DNA of 64,000 bases, taken from assembly GCA_038141425.1 (NCBI GenBank), contig JAYQIC010000007.1, positions 75,554 through 139,553 on the forward strand, written 5' to 3'. Source of the stretch: Rhodospirillaceae bacterium (GTDB lineage Bacteria; Pseudomonadota; Alphaproteobacteria; UBA7985). Under the pieces are notes generated by a model. The model did no database searches, had not been told where the DNA came from, and was given only the letters and a program-made list of their open reading frames with translations. The position numbers were made by a program, and so were the translations under genes. Within the stretch, counting starts at the first letter, position 1. Every line of letters begins with the position of its first letter. Below are positions 11,017 to 21,988 of the stretch, in pieces.

Positions 11017-11328
11017 ATGCTCGTCGCGACCCTCGTTACCATCGCAGAAGCCCTGCAATTCGCCATCCGGGTGCTGAACCTGATCCTGCTGGTTTACATC
11101 GTTATCGGCTGGCTGCGGGTGTTCAACGTGGGCTTTGCCTTCAACCCTGTTGTCGGACAGATTTACGTGGGCCTGCACTCGGTGCTGGACCCGATCCTGT
11201 CGCTGATCCGTCGCGTGATCCCGACCCGCTACGGCGGTATCGATATTTCCCCCATTGTGCTGCTCGGCGGGCTCTGGCTGTTGCAGACCTTTGTGCGGAC
11301 CTGGGCACGCCAGATCATGCTGGGCTAG
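11017..11328 (+). CDS. YggT family membrane protein
   Basis: 103 aa, two TM segments, YggT-like sequence. Confidence 0.6.
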   Translation: MLVATLVTIAEALQFAIRVLNLILLVYIVIGWLRVFNVGFAFNPVVGQIYVGLHSVLDPILSLIRRVIPTRYGGIDISPIVLLGGLWLLQTFVRTWARQIMLG

Positions 11329-11485
11329 GCCGATTGGCCGGAAAAGCGGCTGGTCTTCGCCAGAGCCTGTCGCTTTAGCGATTGCCGATGTAGGCCTGCG
11401 CCCTATGGTCGCGCCAGAACCTATCCGATAGTGCAGAGCAGGCAGGGGCAAGTGGCTCCCTGCTCGAAACAAGGAGCACAGCGCC

Positions 11486-12382
11486 ATGACAGCGAAACTG
11501 ATCGACGGTAAGGCCTTCGCAGCCGGTCTGCGGGAGCGCGTGAAAGGTGGTGCCGATGCCCTGATGAGCAGCCATGGCGTCAAGCCGGGGTTGGCCGTGG
11601 TGATCGTCGGTGAAGACCCGGCCAGTCAGGTCTACGTGCGCAACAAGGTCAAGCAGACCGCCGAAGCGGGTATGGAGTCCATCCATCACGAACTGCCGGC
11701 AACCACTGAGCAGGCTAAGCTCGAAACCCTGATCGCCGCGCTCAACGCCGATCCGAAGATCCACGGCATTCTGGTGCAACTGCCGCTGCCCGGTCATATC
11801 GACAGCGACGCCGTGCTGGCCCGCATCGTGCCGGAAAAGGACGTGGACGGCTTCCACGAGGTCAATGTCGGCCGCCTCTCTATCGGCGCGACCGGCAATG
11901 CCAAGCCGATCATTCCCTGCACGCCGTGGGGCTCGCTGATGCTGATCAAGGACACGCTGGGCGATATTTCCGGCGCCAACGCTGTCGTCGTCGGCCGCTC
12001 GAACATCGTCGGCAAGCCGATGGCGCAACTGCTGCTCGGTGCCAACGCCACTGTTACCATCGCCCATTCCCGCACCCGGGACCTTCAGGCGCTGTGCAAG
12101 ACCGCCGATATTCTGGTCGCGGCCGTGGGCCGTCCTGAAATGGTGCGCGGCGACTGGGTGCGCGACGGGGCCTGCGTGATCGACGTCGGCATCAACCGCA
12201 TCCCCAAGGATGACGGCAAGACCCGACTGGTCGGCGACGTTGCCTTCGACGAGTGCCTTGGCCATGCAGGTTCGATCACGCCGGTCCCCGGTGGGGTTGG
12301 CCCCATGACCATCGCCTGCCTGCTCGCCAACACCCTGACGGCGGCGCACCGCTCACTGGGGCTGGACGACCCCGAAGTCTGA
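11486..12382 (+). CDS. folD: Bifunctional methylenetetrahydrofolate dehydrogenase/methenyl-THF cyclohydrolase
   Basis: 298 aa; [20 protein letters not shown]-terminus, LPLPGHID and [12 protein letters not shown] motifs. Confidence 0.9.
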   Translation: MTAKLIDGKAFAAGLRERVKGGADALMSSHGVKPGLAVVIVGEDPASQVYVRNKVKQTAEAGMESIHHELPATTEQAKLETLIAALNADPKIHGILVQLPLPGHIDSDAVLARIVPEKDVDGFHEVNVGRLSIGATGNAKPIIPCTPWGSLMLIKDTLGDISGANAVVVGRSNIVGKPMAQLLLGANATVTIAHSRTRDLQALCKTADILVAAVGRPEMVRGDWVRDGACVIDVGINRIPKDDGKTRLVGDVAFDECLGHAGSITPVPGGVGPMTIACLLANTLTAAHRSLGLDDPEV

Positions 12383-12520
12383 TCCGATCCCCAGGACAGG
12401 GCACCGACCCGCTATCACTCAGGTGTGAGCCGGCGTTGGAAGGCTTGTGTCGCCTTTCCCGGCCGATGGTCTATGTTAGCGTTCAGACATCGCATGCGAC
12501 AGGACAGGGGAATTCGGCCC

Positions 12521-13492
12521 ATGACACCCATCATCCGGCCCGACTGGTGGCTGCCAGAGAGTGCAGCAACCGATGAGAGTATCTACCGCAACCGCCGTGA
12601 CATCCTGAAGGCTCTGGGCATTGGCTCCGTCGGTGCCGGTCTGGCGCTGAGTGGTGGTCTCCCGGCCGGCGCGGATACCAGCGACCTGTACCCGGTGGAC
12701 CGCAACCCGAATTTTGCCGCGACGCTCAATGGCCGCCCGATGACCAGCTACGAGATCGCCACGACCTACAACAACTACTATGAATTCGGCACGTCGAAGA
12801 AGGTCTCTGCCAACGCGCAGAAGCTGAACACCGAGCCTTGGCCGATCGAGATCGGCGGTCTGGTCAACAACCCGATGACGCTGGATTTTGAAGACCTCGT
12901 CCGCAAGATGCCGCTTGAGGAGCGCGTCTATCGCCTGCGCTGCGTTGAAGCCTGGTCCATGGTCGTGCCGTGGTCGGGCTTTCCCCTGCGCGAGCTGGTG
13001 AAGATGGCCGACCCGACTTCGGATGCGAAGTACGTCCGCCTGACATCCTTCCTCCGTCCGGACGAAGCCCGGCAGCAGTACCGCAGCCGCTGGCCCTTCC
13101 CCTACGTCGAGGGACTGGAACTGGCCGAAGCCACCAACGACCTCGCCTTTATGGTGACGGGCCTGTACGGCGAGCCGTTGCCCAAGCAGAATGGCGCGCC
13201 CATGCGGCTGACCGTGCCGTGGAAGTACGGCTTCAAGCACAACAAGGGCATCACCCGCATCGACTTCGTGGCGGAAAAGCCGACCACCTTCTGGATGACC
13301 GCCGGGCCAGCCGAATATGGCTTCTTCGCCAACGTGAACCCGGAAGTGCCTCACCGGCGCTGGTCACAGGCCACCGAGCGGGATATCGGCCGCCGCGGGC
13401 AGCAGATGGAGACCCAGCTGTACAACGGCTATGCGGCGCAGGTGGCATCGCTTTACACCGGTCGCGATTCTGGTCGCGACATCTTCTTCTGA
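12521..13492 (+). CDS. msrP: Protein-methionine-sulfoxide reductase catalytic subunit MsrP (YedY, molybdopterin, Tat-secreted)
   Basis: MTPIIRPDWWLPESAATDESIYRNRRDILKALGIGSVGAG twin-arginine signal, sulfite-oxidase-like body. Confidence 0.85.
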   Translation: MTPIIRPDWWLPESAATDESIYRNRRDILKALGIGSVGAGLALSGGLPAGADTSDLYPVDRNPNFAATLNGRPMTSYEIATTYNNYYEFGTSKKVSANAQKLNTEPWPIEIGGLVNNPMTLDFEDLVRKMPLEERVYRLRCVEAWSMVVPWSGFPLRELVKMADPTSDAKYVRLTSFLRPDEARQQYRSRWPFPYVEGLELAEATNDLAFMVTGLYGEPLPKQNGAPMRLTVPWKYGFKHNKGITRIDFVAEKPTTFWMTAGPAEYGFFANVNPEVPHRRWSQATERDIGRRGQQMETQLYNGYAAQVASLYTGRDSGRDIFF

Positions 13493-13562
13493 TCGGACTG
13501 GACTGGATTGGCAGACATGGCCTCTGACCCCGTTGTCGATACTGCCGCAGGCCCGAGCCTGC

Positions 13563-13907
13563 GTGGTCGGTTGCTTCGGCTGGCTCGCGCTGGGGATCCA
13601 GGGGCTGGGCCTGCTCGGGCTGGCGCTGTCGGTCATCGCCTTCCTGATCGGGCTGGTGGTGCTGGGGCCAGCGCAGGTTCTGGGCGCTTCGGTCGATGAA
13701 ATCTGGTTCCAGACCAACGCCTTCAGCCTCGACCTGTTTCAGGTGTTTATCGAGCGCAAGCTTTTCTTCTGGCTGCCCAACCCGACCGACCCTTGGTTTA
13801 ACGTGATCCGACCCATCCTGTTCCGCCGTCCGGTCACTCTCGCGCTGGCCGCCATCGTTATTTTTGCGCTGGGTCGGGTGCTGCGCCGGGTCAGCCGCCG
13901 GGTCTGA
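13563..13907 (+). CDS. Small hypothetical membrane protein (not MsrQ-like); start uncertain
   Basis: Frame with two hydrophobic segments (LGLLGLALSVIAFLIGLVVLG ... LALAAIVIFALG) between msrP and the aldehyde dehydrogenase gene. Confidence 0.3.
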   Translation: MVGCFGWLALGIQGLGLLGLALSVIAFLIGLVVLGPAQVLGASVDEIWFQTNAFSLDLFQVFIERKLFFWLPNPTDPWFNVIRPILFRRPVTLALAAIVIFALGRVLRRVSRRV

Positions 13908-13989
13908 GCTTTGGCCTGAAAGCACTGGCATCGCCGCGCGCGCCAATGCTACACCGCTGCTAACAGAAGTCTGCGGGAGCACTACGGCG

Positions 13990-15441
13990 ATGATCACTAA
14001 GCACACCTATGTCGGCGGACAGCCCCGCCCTTCGGGTCTCGAACCCTTCGACAAGCTCTACCCGGCAACCGGGGAAGTGATCGCGAAGATCGAGCCGACA
14101 TCGCTCGAACAGCTCGATGAAGTCATCGCCGAAGCCGCCGAAGCGCAGAAGGCCTGGGCCGCCCTGTCCGGGACAGTGCGCGGCAGGGTGCTGCTCCGTG
14201 CTGCAAAGATCCTGCAGGACCGCAACGAAGCGCTGTCCCGGGTCGAGGTCATGGACGTTGGCAAAGCTATCGCCGAGGCAGAAAGCGGCGACGTGCCATC
14301 CGGCCCTGATGCGCTCGAGTACTTCGGCGGCATCGCCCGCGACATGCCCGGTACCTTCCACACCTATCCCGGCGCGGTTGGCTTCACCCAGCGCGTGCCA
14401 CTGGGGGTCTGTGCCGGGATCGGCGCGTGGAACTACCCGACGCAGATCGCGTGCTGGAAAGCCGCTCCGGCGCTGGCTGCGGGCAACGCCTTCATCCACA
14501 AACCCTCCGAGGAAACCCCGCTGGTCGCTTACGAGATCGCCGACGCGCTGACCGAAGCCGGCCTGCCCAGCGGCCTGTTCAGCATCGTGCAGGGCGATGC
14601 CACCATCGGCCGCGCGCTGTGCGAGCATCCCGGGGTCGCTAAGGTGTCCCTGACCGGCGGCGTCGACACCGGCAAGCTGATCATCAAGCAGTCTGCCGAC
14701 ACGCTGAAGAAGGTGACGCTCGAACTCGGCGGCAAGTCACCGCTGATCGTGTTCGAGGACGCCAACCTCGATGACGCGGTCGGCGTGGCGCTGTCCGCAA
14801 ATTTCTATACAGCGGGCGAGGTGTGCTCCAACGGCACGCGCGTGTTCGTCCATCGCTCGATCGCCGACAAGTTCCTCGCCGAAGTCGTGCGCCGCACGGC
14901 GAGCATCCGGGTCGGCGACCCCATGGACCGCGACGTGCACATGGGCGCGCTGATCTCCGAGACCCACATGAACAAGGTTCTGGAGTACATCGAAATCGGC
15001 AAGGCTGAGGGGGCGACCCTGTCCGCCGGGGGCAACCGGGTCCGGCCGCAGGGTTTTGAGAACGGCTACTTCGTCGAGCCGACCGTATTCTCCGGCTGCA
15101 CCGACAACATGCGCATTGTGCGCGAGGAGATTTTCGGCCCGGTGATGTCGGTGCTCGTGTTTGACGATGAGGACGAGGCCGTCAGCCGTGCCAACGATAC
15201 CTTCTTCGGGCTGGGCGCGGGCCTGATGACCACGTCGCTGGCCCGGGCGCACCGGGTTGCCGACCAGCTGCAATCCGGCTCGGTCTGGGTCAACACCTAC
15301 AACATCTGCCCGCCGGATCTGCCCTTTGGCGGGTCCAAGCAAAGTGGCTTCGGGCGTGAGAATAGCCGCTTCGCCTTGGAAGGCTACACCGAGGTGCGTT
15401 CGACCTACATGGACCTCAACAATTTCGAAGGCGCTTACTGA
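13990..15441 (+). CDS. NAD-dependent aldehyde dehydrogenase, betaine-aldehyde dehydrogenase (BetB)-like
   Basis: ELGGKSP block, catalytic GEVCSNGTR region, about 483 aa ALDH architecture. Confidence 0.85.
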   Translation: MITKHTYVGGQPRPSGLEPFDKLYPATGEVIAKIEPTSLEQLDEVIAEAAEAQKAWAALSGTVRGRVLLRAAKILQDRNEALSRVEVMDVGKAIAEAESGDVPSGPDALEYFGGIARDMPGTFHTYPGAVGFTQRVPLGVCAGIGAWNYPTQIACWKAAPALAAGNAFIHKPSEETPLVAYEIADALTEAGLPSGLFSIVQGDATIGRALCEHPGVAKVSLTGGVDTGKLIIKQSADTLKKVTLELGGKSPLIVFEDANLDDAVGVALSANFYTAGEVCSNGTRVFVHRSIADKFLAEVVRRTASIRVGDPMDRDVHMGALISETHMNKVLEYIEIGKAEGATLSAGGNRVRPQGFENGYFVEPTVFSGCTDNMRIVREEIFGPVMSVLVFDDEDEAVSRANDTFFGLGAGLMTTSLARAHRVADQLQSGSVWVNTYNICPPDLPFGGSKQSGFGRENSRFALEGYTEVRSTYMDLNNFEGAY

Positions 15442-15472
15442 CGCGCGCGCGGCGGCGCCTTTTCGAGCCGAG

Positions 15473-15505
15473 AAAAAGCCCGCGGCGGCCGCTGCGGGCT
15501 TTTTC
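15473..15505. terminator. Bidirectional rho-independent terminator between convergent ALDH (+) and rpmA-fusion (-) genes
   Basis: AAAAAGCCCGCGGCGGCCGCTGCGGGCTTTTT: GC-rich hairpin flanked by an A-run and a T-run. Confidence 0.6.
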
Positions 15506-15545
15506 GTATCTTGTCTTAGTCAGAACCGCGTGGCGGTGTCCGGCC

Positions 15546-16238
15546 TCAGCCCATGTCGGCGGCAGCCTTGGACCAGTCGCCGAGCTTGGACGCCGCGAGG
15601 CCGGTCTCGCCAGCGAGCCACTCCAGATCGGCTTCGGAGAAGCCGCTGAGCTGGGCGTACATGTAGACGCCTGCGCCGTTGAGGGCTTCGACAGCCTTCG
15701 GACCGAGGCCTTTAATTGCCTTCAGGTCGTCGGCGTCGGCCGGTGCCTTTTTCAGCAGGCCCTTGGGCGCGCCGCCAGCCTTGGCCGGAGCCGCAGCCTT
15801 CTCGGCCTTTGGCTTAGCAGCGGCTTTGGGCTTGGCTTCAGCCTTGGCAGCAGACTTTTCCTCTGCCGGCGCTTTGGCAGCCTTCGTGGAAACCGAGGCC
15901 GACGCAACGGCTACGGCAGCAGCAGCCTTGGCCGAAGCCGTCGGTGCACCGATCTTCTTGTTGCTCGAAGCCGGGGTATTCGGGTTGTCATCGACGATGG
16001 ACACCAGCGAACGACCGAGCAGGCCAACGTGGAACTTCACGAAAACATCGGAGAGGGCGAACAGCGTGTGGTCACGGCCCAGGCCCATGTTGGCGCCCGG
16101 GTGGAACTTGGTGCCGCGCTGGCGCACGATGATGTTGCCAGCGGTGACAGCTTCGCCGCCGAAGCGCTTGACGCCGAGGCGCTTGCTTTCTGAGTCTCGA
16201 CCGTTGCGCGAACTACCGCCTGCTTTCTTATGTGCCAT
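15546..16238 (-). CDS. rpmA: 50S ribosomal protein L27 homolog fused to an Ala/Lys/Pro-rich linker and a C-terminal helix-hairpin-helix domain (230 aa)
   Basis: N-terminal 85 aa [28 protein letters not shown]...GRDHTLFAL is canonical bL27. It then continues in frame through [30 protein letters not shown] to [39 protein letters not shown] (HhH-like). No rplU upstream. Confidence 0.75.
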   Translation of the reverse strand: MAHKKAGGSSRNGRDSESKRLGVKRFGGEAVTAGNIIVRQRGTKFHPGANMGLGRDHTLFALSDVFVKFHVGLLGRSLVSIVDDNPNTPASSNKKIGAPTASAKAAAAVAVASASVSTKAAKAPAEEKSAAKAEAKPKAAAKPKAEKAAAPAKAGGAPKGLLKKAPADADDLKAIKGLGPKAVEALNGAGVYMYAQLSGFSEADLEWLAGETGLAASKLGDWSKAAADMG

Positions 16239-16348
16239 GTTCTGGCTCCCTTTGGGGACATCTCAAATCAGACGCCGTGTTTAGAGCCTGCTTGCGGCTT
16301 TGTCCACCTGCGTCGCGTGCATGAAAGCCAGCCCTCAGCGTCCTAGCC

Positions 16349-18319
16349 TCAGCCCAGATACATGACGTCTGTTTCTGGGAGCGCGTAGACCGGTTCGCCG
16401 GTGTACAGCGTCAGTTGATCGCCGGTGTTGAAGTCCATGACGATGGCATAGCCGTCATAGCGGGTCGTATAATCGGCGGGGGCAAAGCCGACCAGTGCGA
16501 TTTCGTCGACGCCCGATTCGAAATCACTCACCTCGTCGATGCCATAACCCGGGGCAAATACGAACACATCCGCGCCACCGCCGCCGTAGAGATAATCGCG
16601 CCCCGGGCCGGGGTCGAGACGGTTGCCAACCTCGTTGCCATAGAGGCTGTCGTTGCCTGATCCCGTGGTTGCGTTCTCGATCACCACGTCCAGCGCGATC
16701 CCGAGGTTACCGTAGCTGTATTCGCGCATCAGGTCGGTCAGCTCGTAGAGCTTCGAGGTTGCATCCGAGAACACCACTTCGAAGGCGACCCCGCCCGCCC
16801 AGTAGCCGGGGGCATCAGACACAATGGCCATCTCGGTTTCATCGGCTGAGATGTCTGCTGACAGGTGGCTGCCCCCGCTCAGGATATTGACGCTGTGGAT
16901 GGTCACCGGATTGTCGGTCAGTTCTTCGACCTGACGCACCCAACGGGCCTGCGGCGGCGCACCGACGAGGCTGAGGTTGCCGGCATTCAGATCGATCGAC
17001 GCGTTGCCGAAACCGGTGTGCCGGATTTCGTCAATCCCGCCGGCGTCCCAGATGGTCTCGAACACCGGCGTATTGCTGTCGAAGGTATAGACCGTGTTGT
17101 CGGCCCGGGTGGTCATGTTGGCACCGTAGAGGTGCTGCAGCGCCGCGATGTCGTAGATCATCGGCTGCGCGGGCGAGTGCCCGCCTTCGCCGGTGGACCA
17201 GGACAGCGTGCCGCCCATGATGGTGTAGAGGTCATCGGCCACCCACGGGTCCATCGAGCGTCCTTCGAAGGCATGATCCAGCCCCAGCGCATGGCCGATC
17301 TCGTGCACTAGAACCGTAGCGCCACCGCCCAGCGGGTCTTCAAAGTAGAAATCGCGCATGGCCACCGGGTCGAGGTGGATATCGCCACTGTCTTCAACCG
17401 CGCGTGGGTTGTCGCCCGGCCGGGACCATCGCCCAGCCTTCCGTCATCCCGGTGGGGTCATCGACGAAGCCGCCGCGGTCGTAGGCGAGGTTGATGTGAC
17501 CGCGGTTGAGGCCGTCGGCGGTGTAGGTGCCCGCCCCCGGTCGGTGACTTCGGTCAGCCGGATGTTGGCGACTTCTTCGATCGCCGCCATGATCTCGCGG
17601 GTGCGTTCCTGTTCCAGCGCGCCAAAGGGCTGGATGCCGGCGAAACTGGTGCTCGGCATGGACTCGACCGCGAACGAGTACGTCAGCTCGACCGGCTCGT
17701 TGTATGTGCCGCTGCCGTTCCAGTGCGCCATGGGCGAGACGGGATCGTCCTCAGGGAAAAGCAGCGCGTCGATGTTCGGATCACCGGTGAAGTAGGGGTC
17801 GGTGGGGGCTGGCGGTGTCGGCGGTCCCCAAGGGTCGCCACCGTCGGAGAAGAGGGCCACCGCGAGGCTGCCCATCGTGAACAGTCCTGCCGCGACGAAG
17901 GCACCGCCGGCGAGCCACTCGATGGTTTCGAGGTCAAAGGGGCGGGTGCGCGCGCTCGCCATCAGCATCGACTGTGTCGGGCTCAGATTGCTCTGCCCGG
18001 CGAGGGCGTTGGGGTCGATACTGCCGTCGGCGCCGAGCATGGCCAGCGCTTCGCGGACCGGCGCAGGCACGTCTTCTGCCGCCACTAAGGTCTCGCCCTC
18101 AGGCCCGCTGGCGCGGTAGGTCCCAGGTGTTAGCTGCTCGTAGTCGATGCCGTTGAACAGCAGGGCACCGGCTGGTTCCGCAGCGGCGATCCCCGCACTC
18201 CCGGCCAGCAGCAGCAGGCGTCGTCGGCGTGGCCTGTAACCGCGTTGCTTTCGCTGTAGCATTGACCCATCCCACGTTTCGTCGGTGCTCACAGTGGACG
18301 CACTCTGCCCCAAAGTCAT
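16349..18319 (-). pseudogene. Serralysin-like (M10B) secreted metalloprotease with C-terminal RTX calcium-binding repeats; at least two frameshifts (about 17370-17440 and about 17530)
   Basis: HEIGHALGLDH zinc motif, DIAALQHLYG Met-turn region, GGxGxD repeats (GNDSLYGNEVGN, GGGGADVFVF). N-terminal part is in ORF 17444-18319, catalytic part in 16349-17365. Confidence 0.7.
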
Positions 18320-18377
18320 GGCGGAAATGGGTTCGGCGAGGGTGGAAAGCGGTCATAAAGCTCTGATAAACAAGGGC

Positions 18378-19514
<1,137 letters not shown>

Positions 19515-21261
19515 CGCAGCATCAGCACCGCCCCACGTGCGGTCATGAAGCCTACGACGCTGAGGAACAGGCCGTGCATCCCCAGCCATGGCACCAGCAC
19601 CAGCACCAGAGCCGTCTGGACCACCACCCCGGCAATCACCGAATCCCGCATGTCGCCGGCGCGGGTCGCGCCGAGGAAGATACCGTCGAGCATGAACGCT
19701 GCGGTCATATAGAACCCGCTGAGGTAAATGTAGGGCATGAGTTCCCGACTGAGCGCGAGCACGTCGGGCAGTTTGGTGATGTAGGCCAGCGCCCAGCTCC
19801 CGGCCGTGGCGAAAATCACGGCTGCGATCACCGACGAGACCAGCGACCAGAACACCACCAGCCGGGTCGATCGCAGCAGCCGGTCGCGCCGTCCCGCGCC
19901 CACAGCCTCGCTCGCCGGAGAAGGCTTCGGCGGCGACGGCGAAGGCATCCATGCCATAGACGATCAGGCCGAACATCTGCCACAGCACGGCGAGGGTATC
20001 GGCGTTGACACCATCCAGCCCGCCGCGCTGGTCGAGCCAGTCTGCGGCTTTGAACAGCACCAGAAAGGCAACAGCAAAGGCGAGGCTGCGCAGGAAGAAG
20101 TTGGCGTTGGTGGAGAACAGCTTCAGCCAATCCGCCCGCTGCCAGATGCCCTCCAGCCCGGACCTGCCCGAGCGGCCGATGATGCCGAGGCGGAGCAGGA
20201 TCAGCCCGCCCAGCGCGACCCCGGCGTAGCTGGCGATAACGCTGCCCAGCGCGACCCCGGCCACGCCCATATCGAGCACCAGCACCAGCCACGCGGAAAC
20301 CGCGATGTTGGTGAGGTTGATGAAAGCCTGAAGCAGCAGCACCAGTCCGGTCCGCTGCTGCCCGACCAGCCAGCCGAAGCAGACGTAGCTGAACAGCACG
20401 GCCGGCGCCGCCCAGATCCGGATACCGAGGTAGGTCTCCACCGAGGGCTGCAGGTCGGTCTGCCAGCCCATGGCGCTGTTCAGGCCGAACCAGAACAAGG
20501 GGGCCAGCACCCACAGCAAGGCGCCGCCGACACCGGCGATGATCAGGCCCCGCCACAGCACGGCGAACAGTCGTTGCTCGTTCTGCTCCCCGAAGGCCTG
20601 CGCGGTGTAGCCGCCGGTCGAAAGGCGCAGGAAGCCGAGCGTCCAGAAGGTGAAGGTGAAAATCTGGCTGGCGAGGGCAACCCCGCCCTGCAAACCCGCC
20701 GTTTCCAGCTGTCCCACGATGGCCACGTCGGCCAGCGAAAGCTGCGGCTCGGTGATCCCGCTGAGGAAGGCCGGAAACGCCACGGCGACGACCCGGCCGT
20801 GGGTAATGGGGCGCAGGGCCTTGGAAGACAGCGGCTGTTGTTGCGTCATAGTCCCTCTGAGCGCCTGTCGACCCACACGGATCAGCGGATGAATAGTCCT
20901 TCGACACCAGAATTATGGCGTTCACAAGCGGAGACTATCATGCACGGCTGGGTCTGGGCTGCGACTCGAGCATCTAAGGCCCTGAGACTCCGAAATTCTC
21001 CGCAACAACATAAAAATCGAAACAAACGACGCGACGCACTTTTTAGGCGAGATACATGTGAAAAACACTCTTTAAGGCCGCTAAAAACGCATAATTGGTG
21101 CCTCTATGCAACAGATATACCGGTTTTTGATTAAAACGGCGGCAACATGGGCCTTCGATTCTTGCCCGGGACTCGGGAAGACCTACCCTGATTCGCGAAA
21201 GTGAGCAGAGCAACTCAATTGCGTTGCTTTTCTAATGCGCTTTCAGCGTTTCCTCCCCCTC

Positions 21262-21299
21262 GAAGGGTCCGAACCTCAACAGGTTTCGGGCCCTTTTTT
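21262..21299 (+). terminator. Orphan rho-independent terminator on the + strand with no upstream + strand CDS (candidate 3' end of a small RNA)
   Basis: GAAGGGTCCGAACC-TCAACA-GGTTTCGGGCCCTTTTTT; sits in a 480-bp AT-rich intergenic region. Confidence 0.45.
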
Positions 21300-21356
21300 C
21301 TGCCCGCTGCCGGCCGGTCGATCGAGGGTGCGCGGCAAGTCCTGCAACGGGATCGA

Positions 21357-21902
21357 TCACTCCCCGGGAGCCAGCGCCAATTGAAACAGCACCGTGGGTG
21401 CCCATTTGCCGAATTTCCGGCCGATATCGGTGAGGAAACCGACCCGCTCGAAGCCATAAGCGAGGTGAAAACGTACAGACGGATTTTCTTCAACGGCGAT
21501 GTCGGGGTCGAGGCTGGCGACAGCCAGCATGGTTTTCATGCCCAGCTCGCGGCAATGGTCGGTGACCGCGTCCATCAGCCGCCGACCCAGGCCCATTCCC
21601 TGTGCATCGGGGTGGACGTAGATCGAGCTTTCCACAGAGAACCGGTAAGCTGTCCGGGGGCGGTAGGGGCTGGCGTAGGCGTAGCCGATGATTTGACCGG
21701 TCGCGGGATCTTCGGCAACGAGGTAGGGCAGGCCCTTGTCCAGCACCGCCTCGGCCCGGGCCTGCATTTCCGCGGGCGTGGGTGGTACTTCCTCGAAGCT
21801 GATGAAGGTGTTCAGCACGAACGGCGCGTAGATCGCGGCGAGGGTGTCAGCGTCGCGCGCCGGGTTCACCGGGCGCAGGGTCGGGGTCATGGTCTTCGGC
21901 AT
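21357..21902 (-). CDS. GNAT family N-acetyltransferase (phosphinothricin-acetyltransferase-like)
   Basis: 181 aa; IGYAYASPYRPRTAYRFSVESSIYVHPDAQGMGLGRRLM acetyl-CoA binding region. Confidence 0.7.
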   Translation of the reverse strand: MPKTMTPTLRPVNPARDADTLAAIYAPFVLNTFISFEEVPPTPAEMQARAEAVLDKGLPYLVAEDPATGQIIGYAYASPYRPRTAYRFSVESSIYVHPDAQGMGLGRRLMDAVTDHCRELGMKTMLAVASLDPDIAVEENPSVRFHLAYGFERVGFLTDIGRKFGKWAPTVLFQLALAPGE

Positions 21903-21988
21903 CCTCGTCGCACGGGTGATGATTTTTGCGCTCTGCGGTGTACTTTCTTACAACAGTCTCCGTCCACTTCAGAAACCAAAGAAGTCCC

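Noticed and set aside
13493-13990. msrQ expected downstream of msrP
   Set aside because: No frame encodes a YedZ-like six-TM heme protein; only a short two-TM ORF fits.
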